Part shown: positions 27,218-35,131 of the stretch, one piece after another | Layout: each line of letters begins with the position of its first letter | Position numbering within the stretch: position 1 is the first letter of the stretch | From: a virus | Taxonomy: Duplodnaviria; Caudoviricetes | Reading direction: 5' to 3' (one strand) | Virus record (IMG/VR): IMGVR_UViG_3300026907_000021 | Location: 1-54,148 of that record | DNA length: 54,148 bases | Position numbers and translations under genes: made by a program | Notes under the pieces: generated by a model | What the model was told of the DNA's origin: nothing | Database searches by the model: none | The model's input: the letters and a program-made list of their open reading frames with translations, nothing else

Positions 27218-28270
27218 GTGATGGAAGTCCTCGACCTTTTCAGCGCTGCGGCCGGTGGCTGGTCGCTCGGAATGCACAGGGCAGGGTTCAAGACCATTGC
27301 CGCTTGCGAGAACGTCGATTGGCGGCGAGCTCTGTACCAGCAGAACAACCCCGAGGTTTTGATTTATGACGATGTCCGCACTCTCACAGCAGATCGAATT
27401 ATTCGAGATACCGGACGATTCCCGCCAATCGTCGTCGGAAGCCCGCCGTGCCAGGACATCTCAAGCGCCAACACAAAAGGCAAAGGCGTCGAAGGCGAGC
27501 GCAGTGGTCTCTACTTCGAAGCAATCCGCATCATCGGAGAAGGCCGCCCTCGTTGGTTCGCTCTTGAAAACAGCTCTAATCTCCGAACTCGGGGAGCTGA
27601 CGCCGTCCTCGCTGCACTGGAGGCACTCGGCTACACCTGCTTGCCGTTCGTGGTACGTGCTGGGGACATCGGAGCCAATCATGAGCGGCCCCGAAGCTGG
27701 ATCATCGGCTGTGATGCCGAGCAAGTTACCAACACCGATGGCTTCGGACGGAATGAAGGATGGGGCCGGGGGCGGGGCTGGGTCGACGTATCCGTTTCGA
27801 ATGATCTTATCCACCCCGCGAGCGTCGGACATGAAAGCGGGCGGACACGGTGCACCTGGGCGGACCGGGACAGTACGGCACATGTTGCACGAATCGTACC
27901 TACCAACACCGCGGGCGTCGGAGGCTTACCACGGGCCGGATATGACGTCGCACAGTCCGAACATCAAGGCGCGTCTTCAGAACAACGATCCGAGGTGGCA
28001 GGGAGCTATGGCTTTAGCCGAAATTCTTCAGAGCCATGGGCTTCGTGGAACCGCGGCATTACCGATCACATACGGATGGATGATGGGCTTTCCTCCTGGC
28101 TGGCTGGCACGCGCATTGCAGTCGGCGGTCCGCGCGGGACATCTGCAGCAAGTCTCATCGTTGAAGCGTTCGGAGACGCCGTCGTCCCGCAGATCCCGGA
28201 AGCAATAGGCAAAGCCATCTTGCGCACTGAAAGAGCCTTGGCGGCAATTTATGAAAGGGCGTCGGTATGA
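27218..28270 (+). CDS. DNA cytosine-C5 methyltransferase, alpha chain (motifs I-VIII and X)
   Basis: LDLFS..AGG, GSPPCQ, ENS, HERPRSWI, GDAVVPQ; motif IX missing. Confidence 0.9.
   Translation: MMEVLDLFSAAAGGWSLGMHRAGFKTIAACENVDWRRALYQQNNPEVLIYDDVRTLTADRIIRDTGRFPPIVVGSPPCQDISSANTKGKGVEGERSGLYFEAIRIIGEGRPRWFALENSSNLRTRGADAVLAALEALGYTCLPFVVRAGDIGANHERPRSWIIGCDAEQVTNTDGFGRNEGWGRGRGWVDVSVSNDLIHPASVGHESGRTRCTWADRDSTAHVARIVPTNTAGVGGLPRAGYDVAQSEHQGASSEQRSEVAGSYGFSRNSSEPWASWNRGITDHIRMDDGLSSWLAGTRIAVGGPRGTSAASLIVEAFGDAVVPQIPEAIGKAILRTERALAAIYERASV
27366..28208 (+). CDS. Nested alternative-frame C5-MTase beta chain (TRD-like repeats + motif IX)
   Basis: 280-aa ORF in +1 frame with GAGG RBS; three (P/S)TPxAS(D/E) repeats and WMMGFPPGW. 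Confidence 0.75.
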   Translation: MTMSALSQQIELFEIPDDSRQSSSEARRARTSQAPTQKAKASKASAVVSTSKQSASSEKAALVGSLLKTALISELGELTPSSLHWRHSATPACRSWYVLGTSEPIMSGPEAGSSAVMPSKLPTPMASDGMKDGAGGGAGSTYPFRMILSTPRASDMKAGGHGAPGRTGTVRHMLHESYLPTPRASEAYHGPDMTSHSPNIKARLQNNDPRWQGAMALAEILQSHGLRGTAALPITYGWMMGFPPGWLARALQSAVRAGHLQQVSSLKRSETPSSRRSRKQ

Positions 28271-28608
28271 ACCACTTCGCCGCATATACCAAACCAGTCC
28301 CTGGCGGCCATTGGGCCATGTGCCGCTTCGCCCAGAACGCGCAGCCGTGGCCAATACTTGAGGGTGACAAGCCGAAGGTGTTCCCGGTTCAGGCCGAAGC
28401 GCTTATCGCCGCCCAGGGACACGTCATCAAGCACATCAACGGCACGATGCGCCGCGACGGTGAGACGATCAAAGCCGTCAGCGATGCAGACGCCCATTTC
28501 AAGCTCAAGCCCTTCGTCAAAGCCAAGGGCAGCAATAAGCGAACCATTGTCGAGAAGGCACGACGCAAGGGCAAAGAGATCAGCGTGGAAAGGAGGGAAA
28601 TGGCATGA
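28267..28608 (+). CDS. Hypothetical protein
   Basis: ATGA coupling. Confidence 0.7.
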   Translation: MNHFAAYTKPVPGGHWAMCRFAQNAQPWPILEGDKPKVFPVQAEALIAAQGHVIKHINGTMRRDGETIKAVSDADAHFKLKPFVKAKGSNKRTIVEKARRKGKEISVERREMA

Positions 28609-28874
28609 GCGACAGACCAGTCGAAGCATGGCTTTCGTCCAAGGACCACGAGAAGTGGGGCAAAGCTGTGATGGCTTGCCAGAGCGGAGCGCCTTGGGAG
28701 TGCGGCGCTATGGGCGCGTGCTCTCATGGAGGCGACTGCTTCACCACCGATAGGCAGGGAGCCTGCGCCGCGTGGCGGATGATCCAGAACCTCAAGACCG
28801 ACAATGCCGTAGTAAAGCGACACCTCGATAGAGCAGTGCAGTTCCTGCGTTATGGAAAGGGAGACGCAGCATGA
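28605..28874 (+). CDS. Cys-rich hypothetical protein
   Basis: ATGA coupling. Confidence 0.65.
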   Translation: MSDRPVEAWLSSKDHEKWGKAVMACQSGAPWECGAMGACSHGGDCFTTDRQGACAAWRMIQNLKTDNAVVKRHLDRAVQFLRYGKGDAA

Positions 28875-29386
28875 ACCACCACGTCACCCTAACCCCATCG
28901 CAAAGAGCATGGCACGAAGCTGCAAAGGCCAGAGAGGCGGAGAGAGTGCGGAAGGCGCGCCTGCTTCAGGAGCGGCACGAGAACGATGGCGGCAATGTTG
29001 TCTACATCGATGCCAATCCCAGGCCGAAGCCCGTCAAGCGGCCGCTTTACAAGCATCTATCCCATAAAGCCGAACCAGAATGGGTGGCGCGGGAGATACT
29101 GTTCGACGCCCATGTAAAGCAATGGCGATATCTATCCGGGCAGGAAAACATAACCTGCCGAGCCTACATCAAAATGCGGGCCGCTGAACTCGGATTTACC
29201 TTCGAAGAGATCACCGGCCCCAAACGGGCGCGAAAATATGTAGAGCCGCGTCACCTCATCATGTGGGAGGTCAAGACAAAGTTGCGACCGGAAATTAGTT
29301 ACCCAGAGCTAGGCAGGTTGTTCGGCGGTAGAGACCATACATCCGCGCTTTGGGCAGTGCGTCGTATACAGGAAAAAATTAGCTAA
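28871..29386 (+). CDS. Protein with DnaA C-terminal (domain IV) DNA-binding HTH
   Basis: R....V.PRHLIMW...SYPELGRLFGGRDHTSAL.AVRRI. Confidence 0.85.
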   Translation: MNHHVTLTPSQRAWHEAAKAREAERVRKARLLQERHENDGGNVVYIDANPRPKPVKRPLYKHLSHKAEPEWVAREILFDAHVKQWRYLSGQENITCRAYIKMRAAELGFTFEEITGPKRARKYVEPRHLIMWEVKTKLRPEISYPELGRLFGGRDHTSALWAVRRIQEKIS

Positions 29387-29434
29387 AACAGTACATTAAA
29401 CGTGAAAATGTGGTCTCGATATGCTATGAAAAGC

Positions 29435-29499
29435 GAGCCAGAAAAGGGCGGCAACCCGATCCTGGCTCTGACCAAAATGAGCGCTGATAGGAGCTACAT
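29435..29499 (+). promoter_or_regulatory. Structured 5' leader of the HNH-AP2 gene
   Basis: gagccag/ctggctc stem, CTCTGACCAA, CTGATAGGAG; analogue at 35032-35095 (-). Confidence 0.55.
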
Positions 29500-30102
29500 A
29501 TGGCTGTGCCGACACAAGCACGTGCAATGGAGTATTTCAACTACGATCCAGAAACGGGTCATCTCTTGGTTAAAGAAAGACCAGAGTCAGAGTTTTCGAA
29601 AGCCCGTTATTCGCATCACCTCAGACGGGTGGGTAAACCATCAGGAGGCGTCAGCACCACACACGGTTACAGGAAGGTTCTTATAGACGGCGCCTATCAC
29701 CCGGCACACCGCGTCATCTGGCTTATCGTCACCGGCGAGTGGGTAAAATACCCTGATTTTGAGATCGACCACATCAACGGAAACCCAGACGACAATCGAT
29801 GGGCCAACCTTCGCAAGGTGACGAAAAGCGAAAACCAACGAAACGCCTGCAAGCGTGTCAACAACACCTCTGGCATTCATGGCGTGAACTGGAAGCCGGT
29901 TTACAACAAAAAACAAAACGATGGGCGATGGGTTGCCCGCATTTGGAACGGCCCGCGGCACGTCTATCTAGGATCATTCCGTACCCTTCATGAAGCTTCC
30001 ATAGCTCGAAAGGCTGCTGAGCGTGTTCTTGGATTCACGCGTACCGATGAAGAGCCCAGCAAATTTGCTCTGGCCAGACGCGAAGGGAGGGCCTCGCCAT
30101 GA
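29500..30102 (+). CDS. HNH endonuclease with AP2 domain
   Basis: YDPETG, AHRVIW, IDHINGNPDDNRWANLR, NTSGIHGV...WVARI...YLGSF. Confidence 0.92.
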   Translation: MAVPTQARAMEYFNYDPETGHLLVKERPESEFSKARYSHHLRRVGKPSGGVSTTHGYRKVLIDGAYHPAHRVIWLIVTGEWVKYPDFEIDHINGNPDDNRWANLRKVTKSENQRNACKRVNNTSGIHGVNWKPVYNKKQNDGRWVARIWNGPRHVYLGSFRTLHEASIARKAAERVLGFTRTDEEPSKFALARREGRASP

Positions 30103-30172
30103 TCGACAACGGCACATTCGACGCCGAGATGGAGAACTGGCAGGCGCTTCACGGCGGAAAGGCGAGGGCGTA

Positions 30173-30625
30173 ATGACCAGCCATCCGGCAGCCGAAGCAA
30201 TATTCGAGGAGTTCGGCGTTCGCATCGTGCCGGCGAATGTTGTCCCGGCTGTTGGGGAAACTCGAGCTGTGGCAACGCTGGCGAGGATAATCAAGCGGTA
30301 TGGTGAGGATCATGCCAGGTTCATCATCATGGCCTTGGCCGACTGCGCCAATAACCGGGCCAGTCTCGATGAGACGGCGATCTGGGCAACCAGCGATATC
30401 GTGCTGGCTTTCCGTAAGAATTACCCGCAAATCATGGAGAATGATGTGTCCCGCTTCCTGAGCTTCTTTGACGGCATTCCCGTCGGTAAGCTACAATACT
30501 GGTGCTTCGGGCTGGATGGCATCACAAACAAGCGTGCGGCCCTTGTAGGCCTTATCTGGGAACGGGCCTGCCGGGTATTTGGTGAGACCCAAGGCGAGCT
30601 CTTCGACGGGAGAATGAAGGCATGA
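30173..30625 (+). CDS. Hypothetical protein
   Basis: ORF in operon. Confidence 0.65.
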   Translation: MTSHPAAEAIFEEFGVRIVPANVVPAVGETRAVATLARIIKRYGEDHARFIIMALADCANNRASLDETAIWATSDIVLAFRKNYPQIMENDVSRFLSFFDGIPVGKLQYWCFGLDGITNKRAALVGLIWERACRVFGETQGELFDGRMKA

Positions 30626-30810
30626 ACGAAGATCTTCAGAAGCAGGGCGCAACAGCGAGAGCGATGGGCAAGACTTTCTTCGATAACCCATATCTGAAAC
30701 CCGAAAACCTGCCCGCTGCCACCGGTGAAACCATTGAGCAGTGGCAGGTAAAGCACGACGCTTGGCACCTTGGATGGACGGTAGAGAACACTATGCGAGG
30801 TGAGGCATGA
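30622..30810 (+). CDS. Small CrpP/Rmf-like protein
   Basis: G..AR..G....NPY...AW..GW pattern. Confidence 0.55.
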   Translation: MNEDLQKQGATARAMGKTFFDNPYLKPENLPAATGETIEQWQVKHDAWHLGWTVENTMRGEA

Positions 30811-31430
30811 ACGAGGCACAGATTATCGAGCTTTTCATCCGCTCTGCCGAGGTTGACCTAAAGCTGCCGGACACGGCGAGGCCAGCACAGGCCAAGGCCA
30901 TTAACTATGGATACATCCATGACCGGTCCGACATGAACCAGTGGTTCGAAGAAGACAAGAAGGCGGCGAACTGGGCATGGCTCGACCCGAAGAAGCTCCG
31001 CAACACGACCAACGACATGGGGCTGTGGGAAGCCGCCATGGAGGTCATCAAGCTGGTGCCGTGCGAGAAGAAGCGCCGCGCTCTGTGGGCTTGGGCGAAG
31101 TCGGAAGCAGGCGGACAGGCATTCGCCAAGTGGTGTCGGAACGTCGAAGGCATATCGAGACAGGCGGGAGATTACCGGAAAAACTCGGCTGTTAAACAAA
31201 TTGCATTAGCTTTCGACCGCAAGCCATTGCAGCATAACGATTTTGACGATGAAGGGCACTTGCCAAATCACCCTGAAATCGGGGATAAAAAGTCCAACAT
31301 CGGAGTTTGGCGTGCACCTGACGCAAAGCCTTCTCTGGACTTCGACGCCGACCTTCGGGATTTCAGTTGGGCAGATGCGCAGAACGCCAGACGGCGGGAG
31401 CGTGAAGCTCGAAAGCGCGAGGCGGCATAA
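30807..31430 (+). CDS. Putative late-gene regulator
   Basis: Last early gene before the late region; HTH-like FAKWCRNVEGISRQ; function inferred from position. Confidence 0.5.
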   Translation: MNEAQIIELFIRSAEVDLKLPDTARPAQAKAINYGYIHDRSDMNQWFEEDKKAANWAWLDPKKLRNTTNDMGLWEAAMEVIKLVPCEKKRRALWAWAKSEAGGQAFAKWCRNVEGISRQAGDYRKNSAVKQIALAFDRKPLQHNDFDDEGHLPNHPEIGDKKSNIGVWRAPDAKPSLDFDADLRDFSWADAQNARRREREARKREAA

Positions 31431-31507
31431 CCATTTGGAACGGCGATACCGTGAGGGTTCGCACCGCACAGGCTGAGATTGATGCGCTCAGCGGTCCCGC
31501 CAATTCA

Positions 31508-31585
31508 CGTCGGTGTAGAGCAGCCCGGTAGCTCGCTTGGCTCATAACCAAGAGGCCGCAGGTTCAAATCCTGCCACCGCAACCA
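31508..31585 (+). tRNA. tRNA-Met(CAT), initiator-like but atypical
   Basis: D arm gagc-agcccggta-gctc; anticodon arm cttgg-CTCATAA-ccaag; T arm gcagg-TTCAAAT-cctgc; ACCA end. Confidence 0.85.
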
Positions 31586-31841
31586 GTTTCACCAGCCCCG
31601 CCCGTAACAAGGTGGGGCTGAACTGATTCTTGCAGTCGGGTCTGGCTTCACCATCCGCCAAGACGTGCAAGAAGCTCGTAGACGGGCGAGAAATAAACAA
31701 GCCGTGGGACCGCTAGTTGATTGCGCTTGCGAATGGCCCCTGAAGCAAAGAACAGCATGATAGACGCACATGGCCGTAGGATTCGGCTCTGTCTGGCGCG
31801 AGACGGTAAACCGCGCACCTTTTCACCGCAGGAGATGAGCG

Positions 31842-31970
31842 ATGTGGAACGTTGACATGTCGGGGTTCTTCTACCTCGCGATGTTCGGGCTGTTCTGTGC
31901 AGCGGTGGCGATCATCGGTGCCGTTGGTGGCGCGATCTACTTTGTCGCCAATCACGTCCAGATCGTCTGA
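31842..31970 (+). CDS. 42-aa single-TM protein
   Basis: RBS aggag; MWNVDMSGFFYLAMFGLFCAAVAIIGAVGGAIYFVANHVQIV (below the ORF track cut-off). Confidence 0.55.
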   Translation: MWNVDMSGFFYLAMFGLFCAAVAIIGAVGGAIYFVANHVQIV

Positions 31971-32001
31971 ACCCCATTCACCCGCCCACATGGAGAGAGC
32001 G

Positions 32002-32193
32002 ATGCGAATCAATATCGAGATCATCGGCGATACTTCTCCAGATCCAGACCGGTTGATGAAGGCGATCCGTGAAGCAATCTCATTCTGGGGCAGCACCAAC
32101 ACCGAGGAATATACTCGCGTCGGCGCGGTGGAGAAGACCATCATCGACATTACACCAGATCATGAAGCGACGGATGTCGAGCCCATCCCATGA
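32002..32193 (+). CDS. Hypothetical protein
   Basis: RBS ggagag. Confidence 0.5.
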   Translation: MRINIEIIGDTSPDPDRLMKAIREAISFWGSTNTEEYTRVGAVEKTIIDITPDHEATDVEPIP

Positions 32194-32227
32194 CCACCAC
32201 CGAGCAAGAGCGGGAGAGGGGCGGGCA

Positions 32228-32425
32228 TCAACGACTGTAGAATAATCGCTGCTTTTGATCGTGCTCGAAGGCTAGAGCTTTTTCCTTATCTGAGAAGAGC
32301 CGCCTCTGCGTAACGACGCCATTCTCGGTAACTGTGATTAGCCATCCGTCCGATGTCTTCTCGTTGGATACGCCGTCTTTGATTTTACCTTCGTCCATCC
32401 CATCCCCCAAGGTTACCCATGCCAT
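32228..32425 (-). CDS. Small antisense hypothetical protein
   Basis: Compact ORF opposite the late operon; start uncertain. Confidence 0.4.
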   Translation of the reverse strand: MAWVTLGDGMDEGKIKDGVSNEKTSDGWLITVTENGVVTQRRLFSDKEKALAFEHDQKQRLFYSR

Positions 32426-32892
32426 TACTCAAGAATGCACGGCACGAGACATTCGCGCAAGGGTTGGCGAAGGGGATGAGTGCGACGGATGCCTATGCCG
32501 CGGCAGGGTATAAAGGCGACCGTAAGGCCGCATCGAACCTATGGACAAATATGGACGTCAAGGATCGCGTGACAGAACTGCAGTCCAAGGCCATCAAGAA
32601 GGTCGAAATCACAGTAGACAGCCTCGCACAGGAGCTTGAAGAGGCTCGCGCTATTGCCCTGTCCGAAAAGCAGTCGAGCGCGGCTGTGAGCGCGACAATG
32701 GGCAAGGCGAAGCTCTTTGGTTTGGGTGTCGAGAACCGTCGGATGAGCGGCACCATCCAGATCGTGAACATAACCATCGAACAGTTGAGCGTTCTGACCC
32801 GCGATGAACTTACTCTCCTCGAAGCAGCCTATCCCGTTCTCGAAAAGCTCAGGCTTGTGGGAAGCGATACAAGCGGCGAAGGCGAGGCATGA
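32419..32892 (+). CDS. terS: Terminase small subunit
   Basis: LKNARHE.FAQ.LA.G.SAT.AY..AGY. Confidence 0.88.
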   Translation: MPLLKNARHETFAQGLAKGMSATDAYAAAGYKGDRKAASNLWTNMDVKDRVTELQSKAIKKVEITVDSLAQELEEARAIALSEKQSSAAVSATMGKAKLFGLGVENRRMSGTIQIVNITIEQLSVLTRDELTLLEAAYPVLEKLRLVGSDTSGEGEA

Positions 32893-34423
32893 AGTCGAAG
32901 ACCTCAAGGGGGGATGGGAAGAGGAGAAGAAACGCTGCGCAGCCGATGTGGTCTACTGGTTTGATAGGTGGGTATGGACGTACGACCCTCGATTGGTAGG
33001 CAGGCCAGGCGGCGCTTACGTGCAGTTCAAGCTCTGGCCAAAGCAGCGCGACGTGGTGCGGTGGATACTGGATCGGGTAAAGGCGCCAGAAGAAGGCCTG
33101 ATCGAAAAGAGCCGTGATACCGGGGCAACTTATCTGACTGCCGGCGTTGCTCTTCATCAGTGGTTGTTCAATCCCGGCTTCAAGGCAACGTTCGGTTCCC
33201 GCAAGGTCGATTACGTCGACAAAAAGGATAACCCGGACAGCATCTTCGCCAAGCTTCGGATCATGATGCGCCGGCTACCGCCTGAGATGATGCCTGAGGG
33301 TTTCAACTGGTCGCAGCACGACAATTACATGCGCATATCCAACCCGGAGACAGGATCTGTCATTTCGGGTGAGGGAGGCGAAGACATGGGCCGCGGCGGC
33401 CGATCCTCCATGTATGTAGTGGACGAGGCAGCTTTCGTTCCAAACGCCGATGCGGTGGAGAAGGCTCTATCGGGTAACACCGACTGCGTTCTCTGGGTGT
33501 CGTCAGTCAATGGCATGGGCAATCTATTTGCTCGCAAACGCCATTCGATCATGAAGCCTCACCAGATCATGCGGCTGCACTGGCGGGATGATCCCCGCAA
33601 GACCGAGGAATGGGCGCAGGCCAAGCAGAACAGCTTCTCTGACCCAACCACATGGGCCAGTGAATACGATATCGACTACAGCGCCTCTGTGGAGGGCATT
33701 TGCATACCGGCCCTATGGGTGGAGAGCGCAAAGCGTCTTCTCGCTCTGGAGCCGCGCGTGAGGCCGTCCAACGAAGTCATCCTGGGCGGTGACGTCGGGG
33801 CGGGCAAGGCGAAGTCTGTAGTGATACCGCGCAAGGGGGCAATTGTTGATCCTCCTCGCAGCCGCGGTGACCCAGACACGACCGAGACAGCACACTGGAT
33901 GCTGGATATCGCCAGAGAGACGAAGGCAAGCATACTCAAGTTCGATGCCCCAGGCGTCGGCGCGGGTGTCTCGTCAACTCTCATGCATAACCCGGTTGAT
34001 GGTCTGGAATCGGTCCCTGTCAACACTGGTCTGCCGCCAAGCGAACGGCAGTGGCCAGATGGTCGCACCTCGCAAGAGATGTTCGGCAATCTCAAGGCTG
34101 AGGTCTGGTGGCTGGTTCGTACTGCCATCCAGCGCACGCATGAGCATGTGCTGTGGATCGAAGGGAAGGGCGGCAAGGAGCACGACGTCACCGAACTGAT
34201 GGCTCTCCCATCCGGTGACAAGGACAGCGACCAGCTATGCCTAGAACTGTCTCTCGTGAAGTGGGGCAGGAACGACAAAGGCAAGATCGTAATCGAACGC
34301 AAGGAAGAGCTGAAGCGCAGGGGTATCAACTCCCCTGACTATGCGGACGCGCTCATGTTGACAGAGGTAGACCCGCCGGAAGCCCCGGCCGTCGCCATGT
34401 TCCTGACATCACGTCACCGGTGA
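32804..34423 (+). CDS. terL: Terminase large subunit (start uncertain)
   Basis: LWPKQ, KSRDTGAT, VVDEAA, GGDVG, SPDYADA. Confidence 0.92.
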   Translation: MNLLSSKQPIPFSKSSGLWEAIQAAKARHEVEDLKGGWEEEKKRCAADVVYWFDRWVWTYDPRLVGRPGGAYVQFKLWPKQRDVVRWILDRVKAPEEGLIEKSRDTGATYLTAGVALHQWLFNPGFKATFGSRKVDYVDKKDNPDSIFAKLRIMMRRLPPEMMPEGFNWSQHDNYMRISNPETGSVISGEGGEDMGRGGRSSMYVVDEAAFVPNADAVEKALSGNTDCVLWVSSVNGMGNLFARKRHSIMKPHQIMRLHWRDDPRKTEEWAQAKQNSFSDPTTWASEYDIDYSASVEGICIPALWVESAKRLLALEPRVRPSNEVILGGDVGAGKAKSVVIPRKGAIVDPPRSRGDPDTTETAHWMLDIARETKASILKFDAPGVGAGVSSTLMHNPVDGLESVPVNTGLPPSERQWPDGRTSQEMFGNLKAEVWWLVRTAIQRTHEHVLWIEGKGGKEHDVTELMALPSGDKDSDQLCLELSLVKWGRNDKGKIVIERKEELKRRGINSPDYADALMLTEVDPPEAPAVAMFLTSRHR

Positions 34424-34431
34424 TGGCTGGA

Positions 34432-35031
34432 TTACTCCAGCCACTGCCAACTGTTGCGATACTGAATGTCTTGGATTGTTGACCTAGATACGTTGAACCG
34501 GTCTGCCAATTCAGCCTGCTCAACGACGTTGTGCATACTACGGATTGCTCGCACATCGTCCTCTGTCAATTTGTCGTGGGGGTGTCTCTGGCCCCTGTTG
34601 CTTGTTCCGTGCTCAACACGATCCATTTGGTTGTCGGATACGGTAGCCCAGCGCAGATGCCCCTTTGTAACACATCCCTCGTGGCCTTTGCCGCAACTGT
34701 GCGCGGCCTGATGTTTTGGAGTAGGCGCGGGGCCGTGAGCAATATCGCAAATGTATCGGCTGGCAATGTGCCTGACGCCGTCCTTCCTTAGCTCGGCGTA
34801 ACCTTCGGCCGTGCGAGAGAATGGCCAAATGATGCACTCGTCTCCGTCATAAGGGAGAACGATATCAGAGATAAACTTGAGGGTTGCGCCCTTCGGGGTG
34901 CCGCCAAGGAGCGGGTCGCCGTAACGCTGCCAGCGACGGTAGTGTGCTGAGCACCATCCGCGAGAAGTGCCCTTAACAGCAGCATTCCCGTTGCATCCGT
35001 CAATAGAACATGGTTTGAAATCGGCAGCCAT
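34432..35031 (-). CDS. HNH homing endonuclease with C-terminal HTH (same family as 3971-4573)
   Basis: CSAHY.RW.R.G, CIIWPF, QAAHSCG, HLRW....N..D, KLTEDDV. Confidence 0.88.
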   Translation of the reverse strand: MAADFKPCSIDGCNGNAAVKGTSRGWCSAHYRRWQRYGDPLLGGTPKGATLKFISDIVLPYDGDECIIWPFSRTAEGYAELRKDGVRHIASRYICDIAHGPAPTPKHQAAHSCGKGHEGCVTKGHLRWATVSDNQMDRVEHGTSNRGQRHPHDKLTEDDVRAIRSMHNVVEQAELADRFNVSRSTIQDIQYRNSWQWLE

Positions 35032-35095
35032 CTTGACCTCCTAACAGGTTGAGATTGGTTAGAGGCCGTCGCGGTGGTGAGACACCCGGCGGCCT
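35032..35095 (-). promoter_or_regulatory. Structured 5' leader of the HNH gene
   Basis: aggccg/cggcct stem with inner ggtg/cacc, CTCTAACCAA, CTGTTAGGAG. Confidence 0.55.
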
Positions 35096-35131
35096 TGCCG
35101 TTTATACGCGAAAGCAAGGAACGGTGGAAGC

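Noticed and set aside
24353-28270. Restriction-modification system
   Set aside because: No cognate restriction enzyme; these are orphan MTases in the early operon, typical anti-restriction genes
32804-32892. terS-terL frameshift fusion
   Set aside because: There is an 89-nt overlap but no clear slippery heptamer; the terL start is simply uncertain
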